NCBI GenBank assembly: GCA_044352465.1
Contig: JBILDU010000065.1
Span: 1-17,725 of the forward strand
Reading direction: 5' to 3'
Length of the DNA: 17,725 nucleotides
From: Bdellovibrionota bacterium
GTDB lineage: Bacteria; Bdellovibrionota_C; UBA2361
Positions 1 to 7,797 of the stretch are shown one piece after another (within the stretch, counting starts at the first letter, position 1; each line of letters begins with the position of its first letter). The notes under the pieces are model-generated. The model made no database searches, was not told where the DNA came from, and worked only from the letters and a program-made list of their open reading frames with translations. The position numbers and the translations under genes are program-made.

Positions 1-71
1 TTTCTCCCCCGCCGGAGATTGTGCGGGCGGAGTAAGGGCCCCCCGAAAAAGCCCGCGGTGTGTCTGCTGTA

Positions 72-1439
72 CTAACCAACCTGTGGCAGAAGTCGCCCTA
101 ACGCACCCCTCAGAACCGCCCCCTGGGACTTCAACCCGCTCGACAGGCGCTCAAGCTCGCCCTTTGTCACCTCGAGGCCCAGATTGCCCGGAGCCCCAGT
201 TGAACGCTTTGCCTCAATATAGGGCATGGGATCAAGCGCGGCACCGTGCGCACCTTCCGCTTTCATCGCCCGGTACGCGTCACGAAAACTCACCCCCGCC
301 TTCACCTGCTCATAGGCCATATCGGTAGCAAAAAGCTCCGGGGTGCACGCCGCGCGACACCGCGCCGCATCAACTTCAAGTTTCTGAATGAGTCGCGTCG
401 CTAACGCCACCGAGAGGCCCACCAACTCGAAGCCACGCATCAACGGCTTCTTTGAAAGCTGAAAATCCCGATTGTACCCCGAAGGTAGATCGCACACATT
501 CAAAAGCGCTTGACTCTGGAGAGCCACGACCTCTTTGGCTTTGGCCCGCATCAACTCAAGAACATCGGGGTTCTTCTTCTGCGGCATGATGGAGGAGCCG
601 GTGCAGAACTCGGCGGGGAGTTTCACAAACCCCAACTCACCTTGGGAAAAAAATAGGAGATCGGTCGCCATCTTATTAAGGTCAACCGCGAGATGAGTCA
701 GGACTCCAAGAGCGAGGACCTCATTTCGTCCCCGCATATTCTGACAGTACATGACGTTACGCTGGACCCGCGCAAACCCGAGAAGCTCGGCTGTCATCTC
801 GCGGTCGAGCGGCAGGATGACGCCGTAGCCGGCGGCGCTCCCCAGCGGCGAGGAATCTATAAGATCTATCGTATCGCTCAAATATCGAAGCGTGTCGCAC
901 ACCCCCTCCGCAAAACTGCCCGCCCATAGGGCTAGGGTGGACGGCATCGCTTTTTGCAAATGGGTATAGCCGGGCATCGGAACCGGATGACTCATCGCAA
1001 ACTCAAGCAGCGCCCCACCGAGGGAACCAACCTGAGCCGCGAGATCGAAGAGCTCTACCTTCATATAGAGCTTCATTGCTGTGAGCACTTGGTCGTTACG
1101 CGACCGGCCCGTGTGAACCTTCTTACCGACCTCACCAACGCGCTGAACGAGATAGTTCTCAATGGCCGTGTGGCAGTCCTCGTCGCTCCGTTCAATCCTG
1201 AAATTCCCCGCACGGTGGAGCGCTACGATCTCTGTGAGACCCGATTCAAGCTCGGCAAGCTCGCGAGCATTCAAAACCCCGATCTTCTCAAGCATCACCC
1301 CGTGGGCCATGGAGCCGTAACAATCCCAGGGCACAAGCACACGGTCGATGAGGTAATCCTCCCCGACCGTGTACTCTTCGACGAGCGCGAGCAGCGCCTG
1401 GTCACTTTGATCTCCAGCACCGACTTCCCACAGCTTCAT
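72..1439 (-). CDS. argH: Argininosuccinate lyase
   Basis: 455 aa with fumarase/ASL superfamily motifs HTGRSRNDQ, MPGYTHLQ and GSSIMPQKKNPDVLE; lies directly downstream of argG. Confidence 0.96.
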   Translation of the reverse strand: MKLWEVGAGDQSDQALLALVEEYTVGEDYLIDRVLVPWDCYGSMAHGVMLEKIGVLNARELAELESGLTEIVALHRAGNFRIERSDEDCHTAIENYLVQRVGEVGKKVHTGRSRNDQVLTAMKLYMKVELFDLAAQVGSLGGALLEFAMSHPVPMPGYTHLQKAMPSTLALWAGSFAEGVCDTLRYLSDTIDLIDSSPLGSAAGYGVILPLDREMTAELLGFARVQRNVMYCQNMRGRNEVLALGVLTHLAVDLNKMATDLLFFSQGELGFVKLPAEFCTGSSIMPQKKNPDVLELMRAKAKEVVALQSQALLNVCDLPSGYNRDFQLSKKPLMRGFELVGLSVALATRLIQKLEVDAARCRAACTPELFATDMAYEQVKAGVSFRDAYRAMKAEGAHGAALDPMPYIEAKRSTGAPGNLGLEVTKGELERLSSGLKSQGAVLRGALGRLLPQVG

Positions 1440-1457
1440 CGCGCCTTTTCCCTCACG

Positions 1458-2705
1458 CTACTTCGCCAACTTCGCTTTCATCTGCTGCGCGAGCTTCATT
1501 TGAAGGCTATAAACCTCAATGAATCCTGGTGAGCAGTTTTGATTAAACGACATATCCTTATTGAAAGTCGCGAGCTTCGAGTCGTACAGCGCATACTCGG
1601 AGCTCAGCGCTACCACATCGGCTTTCCCTTTATGGAGCTTCACCTTCACTGTGCCGGTCACCCGCTCGTTCACCTTATCGCAAAAAGCATGAAGATCGTC
1701 CATCAAAGGATCAAGCCATTGAGCACCGTAACAGAGCTGTGCCCATTTCTGATCGATCAAGGGCTTAAACTCATTTTCCATCCGGGTCGACACCAGCATC
1801 TCAAGCTTCTGGTGCGCTTTGATTAATATCTCTGCCCCGGGATGTTCGTAAACGCCGCGAATCTTTAGTCCAACCACCCGGTCTTCGATCATGTAATGCA
1901 CACCGACGCCGTGCTTTGCGCCGAGCTTGTTCGCCGCTTGAATGAGGTTCGCCAGCTTGAACTCCTCGCCGTTCAAAGTCCTCGGCAAACCCTTCACGAA
2001 TCCGATCTCGACGATCTCGGCGTTCTCCGGCGCATCCTCGAGCGCGCTCACCGTCAAAAACTTTTCGGTCTTCGGTATCTCGTGCATCTGCTCGATCTCG
2101 CCCGACTCCCAGGTCACTCCCCACATATTATCATCGCTGGAGTATGGAAAATCCGGGCGCTGGACAACTTCAATCCCGTGCTCCTGGGCGTAGGCGAGCT
2201 CCTCTTCCCGTCCCATCGCCCATTCCCGCACCGGAGCGATAATCTTGATGTTCGGCCGAAGTGCTAACGCTGTTGCCTCGATCCGCACCTGATCATTGCC
2301 CTTCCCGGTACACCCGTGAGCGATCGTATCAGCACCCTCTTTATCAGCGATCTCGATCGCTTTTTCCGCCATCAGATACCGCGAGATAGTGCTGATGTAA
2401 TAATCACCCTGGTAGGTTCCATTCGCTTTAATCGCCCGAGCAAGATACCGGTCGGCGAACTCATGCTTCAGATCCAGAACGTACGCCGCTTTCGCCCCCA
2501 GCTTCAGCGCTTTCGCCTTGATCTTCTCGAGATCATCAACTTGCTGCCCCAGGTCAAGCGTCAGAGTCACGACCTCGGCGTTATACTTGTCCTGAATCCA
2601 CTTCAGAATACAGCTCGTGTCGAGGCCACCGGAATACAGCAAGACGACTTTTTTGACTTCTCCGACTTTTCCCTCGTACGACGAGACTTTCTGATACGTA
2701 TTCAT
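1458..2705 (-). CDS. argG: Argininosuccinate synthase
   Basis: 415 aa with motifs LYSGGLDTS, AHGCTGKGNDQVR, APVREW, YSSDDNMWG and EDRVVGLKIRGVYEHP; SD-like AGAGGAG upstream on the minus strand. Confidence 0.97.
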   Translation of the reverse strand: MNTYQKVSSYEGKVGEVKKVVLLYSGGLDTSCILKWIQDKYNAEVVTLTLDLGQQVDDLEKIKAKALKLGAKAAYVLDLKHEFADRYLARAIKANGTYQGDYYISTISRYLMAEKAIEIADKEGADTIAHGCTGKGNDQVRIEATALALRPNIKIIAPVREWAMGREEELAYAQEHGIEVVQRPDFPYSSDDNMWGVTWESGEIEQMHEIPKTEKFLTVSALEDAPENAEIVEIGFVKGLPRTLNGEEFKLANLIQAANKLGAKHGVGVHYMIEDRVVGLKIRGVYEHPGAEILIKAHQKLEMLVSTRMENEFKPLIDQKWAQLCYGAQWLDPLMDDLHAFCDKVNERVTGTVKVKLHKGKADVVALSSEYALYDSKLATFNKDMSFNQNCSPGFIEVYSLQMKLAQQMKAKLAK

Positions 2706-2785
2706 CGAAATTACTCCTCTAAAGAAACTGTCTCTCTAGACTCACATCGGATGGGCGCGTCGATCAAGGCAGCACCTCGATATTT

Positions 2786-2831
2786 TGTCGCGGCACCGAC
2801 ATTTCTAGACTTATTTGTCTCATTTCGGACA
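2786..2831. promoter_or_regulatory. Tandem palindromic operator candidates, TGTC-N8-GACA x2
   Basis: Box 1 at 2786-2801 is TGTCgcggcaccGACA; box 2 at 2816-2831 is TGTCtcatttcgGACA. Both are preceded by TTT and followed by T, start 30 bp apart, and sit between the divergent arg transcription units. Confidence 0.65.
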
Positions 2832-2835
2832 TAAT
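2806..2835 (+). promoter_or_regulatory. Putative sigma70 promoter for the regulator-DUF1611-argCDFB operon
   Basis: -35 TAGACT (2806-2811), 18-bp spacer, -10 CATAAT (2830-2835). Box 2 fills the spacer and overlaps the -10. Confidence 0.5.
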
Positions 2836-2894
2836 GTTTATTCAGCCGGTTGCCCTGCCCAGCCGGTGTGGCATCTTTGATTAATGGAGCGCCT

Positions 2895-3533
2895 ATGTCG
2901 AGCATGATGGCTATCACTCAACGCTTTATCTCAGAGCACCCGAGCATTAAGGATTGTCTCCGGCGGGGCCTCGTGAACTATTCAGCGCTTGCGCGCCTTA
3001 TCTGTGAGACTCGTGGAGTCGATAAGTTTGAGGCCGTCCTCATCGCTCTGCGCCGCCAGCATACCCTGATAAAAAACCAACTACCGCAGGAGAAGAGGAT
3101 TATCACCCTTCTCAAGCGTGCCAAGATTCGACTCCGAAACAAAATGATGGTCGCGATCGTCGAGAAGCCGTCCGACTTCGAGCGGGTATACGAGATTCAA
3201 AAAAGGATCAAGAAAGATCGCGGCGACTTTCATCTCATCGAAGGAGAGGAGGTGATCACGATAATCTCCAACTCCGACTATGTCTCTGACGTCAAAGATA
3301 CCTTTCGGGGAAAGGTAAAGAAGATCACGGGGGACCTCGCCCAGCTCACCATGATCTTCGATGAGAAGATCGAAACAACTCCGGGGGTCGTCTCTTTTAT
3401 CTACGGGCTCCTCGCCGACAATTCTATCAACGTCTGGGAGGAGATGAGCTGCTGGACCGATTTTATGGTGATTATTGAGCAAAAAGACGCCGCTCGCGCG
3501 ATGCGAGTCTTAAGCCTCGAGGAAGAGGCTTAG
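2895..3533 (+). CDS. ACT-domain protein with an N-terminal HTH-like segment; putative amino-acid-sensing transcription regulator
   Basis: ATG at 2895 has GGAG upstream, so the ORF-track start at 2850 is probably too long; 212 aa. N-terminal helical segment EHPSIKDCLRRGLVNYSALARLI; C-terminal aspartokinase-type ACT signature TPGVVSFIYGLLADNSINVWEEMSCWTDFMVII. Confidence 0.75.
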   Translation: MSSMMAITQRFISEHPSIKDCLRRGLVNYSALARLICETRGVDKFEAVLIALRRQHTLIKNQLPQEKRIITLLKRAKIRLRNKMMVAIVEKPSDFERVYEIQKRIKKDRGDFHLIEGEEVITIISNSDYVSDVKDTFRGKVKKITGDLAQLTMIFDEKIETTPGVVSFIYGLLADNSINVWEEMSCWTDFMVIIEQKDAARAMRVLSLEEEA

Positions 3534-3565
3534 AGTCACTCTGATTATCTTGAGGGTTCGAAACG

Positions 3566-4615
3566 ATGAATAAGTTACAGCTCGATAAGATCGCTTCCTC
3601 GACCAGGAATTCAAACCTTCAACGTGAGGTGACGGTCACCGACGACATCGTGTCGAAGGAGGGTTACATTATCGCGGTGCGGGCGCTGACGGAGAAGAGC
3701 ATTTACAACACCGTCGAGCTGACCCCCGGCCGCATGAGTCGAATCTGTCAAGGCGATGTGATTGCCGGGGTGCTCGGCGCCCGCAATGCGCTCAAGGGCT
3801 ACAGCGGTGTGGTTCCGGAATCGCTTCACGTGGGGGACGTGCTCCAGATCTTGAACCTCGGTGCCGTTATTGGTCGCTGTACGAGCGACAACCCCGAGCT
3901 CGGCAGACCGATCGACGTCGAGGTCTTGGGTGCCGTGCTTTATTTCCCGTCTTTTCAGCACCGCATCGGGAAGCAAGCGAGCATTCATTCGGGGCCGGTC
4001 CACCCGACTGATACGCTGACCCACGCAGCGCCGCTGGTCATCGTCTCAGGGACCTGCATGAGCGCCGGAAAGACCCGCGCCGCATGCGAGATCGTGAAGC
4101 AACTCGCCCACTCGGGTAAAAAAGTTGCGGCCGCCAAGCTCTCCGGCATCAGTCTTCGGCGCGACACCCTCGAGATGCTTGATTTCGGCGCCACCGCTAT
4201 CTACGACTTCACCGACGCTGGCATCGTCTGCACGACCCCTCGCAACGTGGTGCAAGCAGCGAAAGGAATCGTTACGGCCCTCACGGCGCTGAACCCTGAC
4301 TGCATCGTCCTCGAACTCGGGGATGGGATTATGGGTGAGTACGGGGTGATGAATCTCCTCTCCGATAAGCAACTGATGGCGCATGTGAGGGCCCATGTTC
4401 TCTCAGCGAACGATCAGGTAGGCGCATGGGGAGCGGTGCAGTTTCTGGAGGGGAAATGCCCGCCGATCGATATCATCTGCGGACCGGCGACCGATAATCT
4501 GGTGGGCAAGCGCTTTATCAACGACAAGCTCGGCCGCTGCGCTTTGAACGCCATCAAGGACTCGGCAGCTCTCGGCGAAGCGATCGCGGCAAAACTTTTT
4601 CCTGGGGAACTATGA
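3566..4615 (+). CDS. DUF1611/DgcN-like P-loop protein, function unknown (candidate glutamate N-acetyltransferase)
   Basis: 349 aa with a beta-rich N-domain, deviant P-loop VIVSGTCMSAGKT, AAAKLSG, DFTDAG and Walker-B-like IVLELGDG. Its stop overlaps the argC start (ATGA, 4612-4615). CDS is solid; family is recalled from motifs; function is inferred. Confidence 0.7.
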   Translation: MNKLQLDKIASSTRNSNLQREVTVTDDIVSKEGYIIAVRALTEKSIYNTVELTPGRMSRICQGDVIAGVLGARNALKGYSGVVPESLHVGDVLQILNLGAVIGRCTSDNPELGRPIDVEVLGAVLYFPSFQHRIGKQASIHSGPVHPTDTLTHAAPLVIVSGTCMSAGKTRAACEIVKQLAHSGKKVAAAKLSGISLRRDTLEMLDFGATAIYDFTDAGIVCTTPRNVVQAAKGIVTALTALNPDCIVLELGDGIMGEYGVMNLLSDKQLMAHVRAHVLSANDQVGAWGAVQFLEGKCPPIDIICGPATDNLVGKRFINDKLGRCALNAIKDSAALGEAIAAKLFPGEL

Positions 4616-5622
4616 ACGTTGGGATCATCGGCGCATCGGGGTACGTGGGCTTAGAGCTTCTCCGGCTCTTAGCACTTCATCCCCATTTTAAGGTCACGTG
4701 GGTCACCTCACGTGAGCACCAGGGAAAAGCGGTGAGCTCGGTCCACACAGCGCTCCGCGGCGTCTATGACATCCCCTTCGCCGATTGCAGCACGCTGCCC
4801 CCGAATCTTGATATCGTCTTTCTGGCGGTGCCTCACGGCGAATCGATGCGCATCGCGGCCGAATTACGGGCGCAAGCGCCTCAGCTCAAGATTATCGACC
4901 TGGGCTCCGATTTTCGGTTAGACGCCGCAACCTACGAGGCGACATACCACCATCCCCACACCGCTCCAGCGCTGCTTGAAACAGCCGTCTACGGCACTCC
5001 GGAGATCTGCCCCGAAAGGATCGCCCAAAGCACTCTCGTAGCCAATCCAGGTTGTTTCGCCCACTGCATCATCTTAGCAACGGCGCCCCTGGCAAGGGCC
5101 AGGCTCATCGACGGGCGGATCAACATCGCGGCGGTGACAGGTTCCTCAGGTAGCGGTGCTCAAGCCACGCCAAGGACCCATCATCCCGAGAGAAACGAGT
5201 CGTTGAGCGCCTACCAGGTGCTGAAGCATCGCCACGTCCCAGAGATCGAGACGACCCTATCTCAGTGGGAGAGGCCGGTCGCCATCGATTTTGTCCCGAT
5301 CTCCGGGCCGCTCTCGCGGGGTATCTTTGCGACCTCGTTTGTTCCCCTCACCGATCGCACAGCTGATATCGAGTCGTGCTACGCCGAATTTGCCGAGATG
5401 AACCCGTTTATCCGGATCCGCACGGAGACACCTCGCTCACTCGAGGTGCGGGGCTCTAACTTCGTCGATATCTCCGTGCATCGCTCGGGCAACACCGCGG
5501 TTATCGTGAGTACACTTGATAACCTCGTCAAAGGAGCCGGCGGTAACGCGATTCAATCCGCCAATCTCATGAGTGGACTCCCCCCAACAACGGGACTTCT
5601 CTCCCCACCCCTTTTCCCGTAA
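4612..5622 (+). CDS. argC: N-acetyl-gamma-glutamyl-phosphate reductase
   Basis: GASGYVG nucleotide-binding loop, catalytic ANPGC, SSGSG, HRHVPE and DNLVKGAGGNAIQ. Confidence 0.95.
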   Translation: MNVGIIGASGYVGLELLRLLALHPHFKVTWVTSREHQGKAVSSVHTALRGVYDIPFADCSTLPPNLDIVFLAVPHGESMRIAAELRAQAPQLKIIDLGSDFRLDAATYEATYHHPHTAPALLETAVYGTPEICPERIAQSTLVANPGCFAHCIILATAPLARARLIDGRINIAAVTGSSGSGAQATPRTHHPERNESLSAYQVLKHRHVPEIETTLSQWERPVAIDFVPISGPLSRGIFATSFVPLTDRTADIESCYAEFAEMNPFIRIRTETPRSLEVRGSNFVDISVHRSGNTAVIVSTLDNLVKGAGGNAIQSANLMSGLPPTTGLLSPPLFP

Positions 5623-5633
5623 CGGAGCGTTTC

Positions 5634-6827
5634 ATGGAACCAACCTTCAGCGACATCAAGACAATCGAGGATGCCTATCAACTGAAGACCTATTCGAAAT
5701 TTCCACTCGCGATCGAACGGGGTGTGGGCGCCTATGTCTTTGACTCAGCGGGTAAGCGCTATCTCGATTTTTATGGAGGCCACTGTGTCACCGTCACCGG
5801 GCACTGCCATCCCCACATCGTCGGGGCGATAAAGAATCAGGCGGAGAAACTGATCTTTTACTCGAACATCGTCTATAACCAAACCCGCGCCACCGCCGCC
5901 AAGGCGCTCGTCGATTTCGCTGCCAATGGCATGTCGCAGGTCTTTTTCTGTAACTCTGGAGCGGAAGCGAACGAAACTGCGATCAAAGCGGCGCGTCGGC
6001 ACACGGGGAGATCCACTGTCATCAGTATGATCCACGGCTTCCACGGGCGCACGTACGGGGCGATGAGCATCACCGGCTTTCCGAAATATCGGATCTTTCC
6101 CCCGATGCTCCCCGCTACCGTGCACGCCGAGTTCGGCTCGATCGAGGCCATCGAAGCGATCGTATCTCGAGAGAACAGCGATGTCGCAGCGATTATTCTC
6201 GAGCCGGTGCAAAGCATGGCCGGGGTAAAGATGGCGGCGCCGGCGTACTACCGGGATCTCCGCGGGCTCTGCGACAAGAACGGCATCGTCCTTATCTTCG
6301 ACGAGGTCCAAACCGGCTTCGCTCGTACCGGTGCACCGTTCTTCGGTGATCATGTCGGTGTCACCCCGGACCTCATCACCTGCGCCAAGGGGATTGCGAG
6401 CGGAGTGCCCATGGGTGCGGTGATCTTCTCCCCTACCATAGCTTCAAAGATCGGTCTCAGCGAACACGGTGCCACCTTCGGCGGCTCCCCGATCGCATGC
6501 GCCGCTGCCACGGCAAGCCTTGAGGTAATTATCAACGAGCGTCTCGCCTCTCGAGCTAAAGAGCTTGGGGCTTATCTCGCTTGCTCGATTCAGGAGCTGA
6601 AGCTACCCCACCTTATCGAGGTGCGGGGGATCGGGCTTCTGCTTGGGCTCGCATTTGACTGCGAAGCGAAGAAACTGATCCCTGCTCTCCTCGAGGAGGG
6701 GGTCATCATCGGCTCCTCGGAGGACCCCAACGTGCTCCGTCTCATCCCCCCACTCACCATCTCTCAAGCTCACTGCGATGAGTTTTTAACCGCTCTTGTC
6801 CGCGCGAGTGAGAGGGCTTTTGCCTAA
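5634..6827 (+). CDS. argD: Acetylornithine aminotransferase (class III PLP-dependent)
   Basis: FFCNSGAEANE, FHGRT, IFDEVQTGFARTG, the PLP lysine in AKG, and HGATFGGSP; arg operon context. Confidence 0.92.
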   Translation: MEPTFSDIKTIEDAYQLKTYSKFPLAIERGVGAYVFDSAGKRYLDFYGGHCVTVTGHCHPHIVGAIKNQAEKLIFYSNIVYNQTRATAAKALVDFAANGMSQVFFCNSGAEANETAIKAARRHTGRSTVISMIHGFHGRTYGAMSITGFPKYRIFPPMLPATVHAEFGSIEAIEAIVSRENSDVAAIILEPVQSMAGVKMAAPAYYRDLRGLCDKNGIVLIFDEVQTGFARTGAPFFGDHVGVTPDLITCAKGIASGVPMGAVIFSPTIASKIGLSEHGATFGGSPIACAAATASLEVIINERLASRAKELGAYLACSIQELKLPHLIEVRGIGLLLGLAFDCEAKKLIPALLEEGVIIGSSEDPNVLRLIPPLTISQAHCDEFLTALVRASERAFA

Positions 6828-6835
6828 GGAATGAT

Positions 6836-7780
6836 ATGTTTGAACGAAGCTTAACCCGGGTAACAGATCTGACGCCCCTCGATATCCAGCGAGTGCTCAC
6901 GAAGGCCTTTAGCTTTAAGCGAAAACACGAGGAAGGGGTACGGCGCGAAAATGTCCTCGATGGGAAGGTCGTCGCCCTCCTCTTCGAGAAACCCTCGCTG
7001 CGAACCAAGGTCGCTTTTGAGGTCGCGACCCACTATCTCGGGGGCCAGCCGATATTCCTGTCGAGCTCCCAGATCCTCGCGAGCGGTGGTAACGAGCGGG
7101 GTCGCGAGTCGATCCCCGATATCGCGCGTAATTTAGAGCGTTTTTGCGATCTCATCGTCGCGCGGGTGTATCATCACGAGGTGATCGATGAGATCGCTCA
7201 AGCCGTCCGTACGCCGGTTATCAATGCGCTCTGCGACAAACATCACCCCACCCAGGCGCTGGCCGACCTGATGGCGATCCAATCGGTGGTGAAAAAGGAT
7301 CCGCGCGATATCTCCGTCGCTTTTGTCGGCGACGGAAATAACGTCGCGACCTCCCTCATGCAGATCTGCCTGATAAGCGGAATCAACTTTCGTATCGCGA
7401 CACCGGGGGGCTATGAAATCCCCTTGGTCGAGCATAAGGTGGGGGAATATCTCGCCCGGGGTAGTGGTGCAACGTACGCCGCCGTTCACGACCCTGCGGA
7501 AGCAGTACGAGGTGCGGATGTCGTTTACACCGATACCTTTACCTCGATGGGACAAGAAGGGGAAAAGGCGGCACGGAGCGCCGCTTTCGTGGGTTATCAG
7601 GTGAACGCGGATCTCATGGGGCTTGCATCGCGGGAAGCCGCCTTTATGCACTGCCTGCCCGCTCATCGGGGAGAGGAGGTTACAGACGAGGTGATGGATT
7701 CTCCTCAGTCGATCGTCTTCGATCAGGCGGAGTGTCGACTCCATGTGGCCAAAGCATTGATTGCATCGTATCTATCGTAG
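6836..7780 (+). CDS. argF: Ornithine carbamoyltransferase
   Basis: FEKPSLRT carbamoyl-phosphate motif, HPTQALAD, GDGNNV, DTFTSMGQE ornithine loop and HCLPAHRGEE. Confidence 0.95.
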   Translation: MFERSLTRVTDLTPLDIQRVLTKAFSFKRKHEEGVRRENVLDGKVVALLFEKPSLRTKVAFEVATHYLGGQPIFLSSSQILASGGNERGRESIPDIARNLERFCDLIVARVYHHEVIDEIAQAVRTPVINALCDKHHPTQALADLMAIQSVVKKDPRDISVAFVGDGNNVATSLMQICLISGINFRIATPGGYEIPLVEHKVGEYLARGSGATYAAVHDPAEAVRGADVVYTDTFTSMGQEGEKAARSAAFVGYQVNADLMGLASREAAFMHCLPAHRGEEVTDEVMDSPQSIVFDQAECRLHVAKALIASYLS

Positions 7781-7797
7781 ATCAAAGAGGGGGACTG

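Noticed and set aside
23..56. GCGGGC...GCCCGC inverted repeat downstream of argH as a terminator
   Set aside because: Short stem, 22-nt loop and no adjacent U-tract in the argH direction.
2831..2844. ARG-box-like TGAATAAACATTAT on the minus strand
   Set aside because: Single copy lacking the conserved terminal CA, and partly explained by the -10 element; ArgR sites are usually tandem. Revisit if the genome encodes argR.
2711..2917. 68-aa minus-strand ORF upstream of argG as an arginine leader peptide
   Set aside because: It spans the promoter/operator and overlaps the regulator start, with no Arg cluster or attenuator structure.
6836..7780. N-acetylornithine carbamoyltransferase (argF') call based on SLRT
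   Set aside because: It retains DxxxSMG and HCLPAHRG typical of true OTC; SLRT also occurs in ordinary OTCs.
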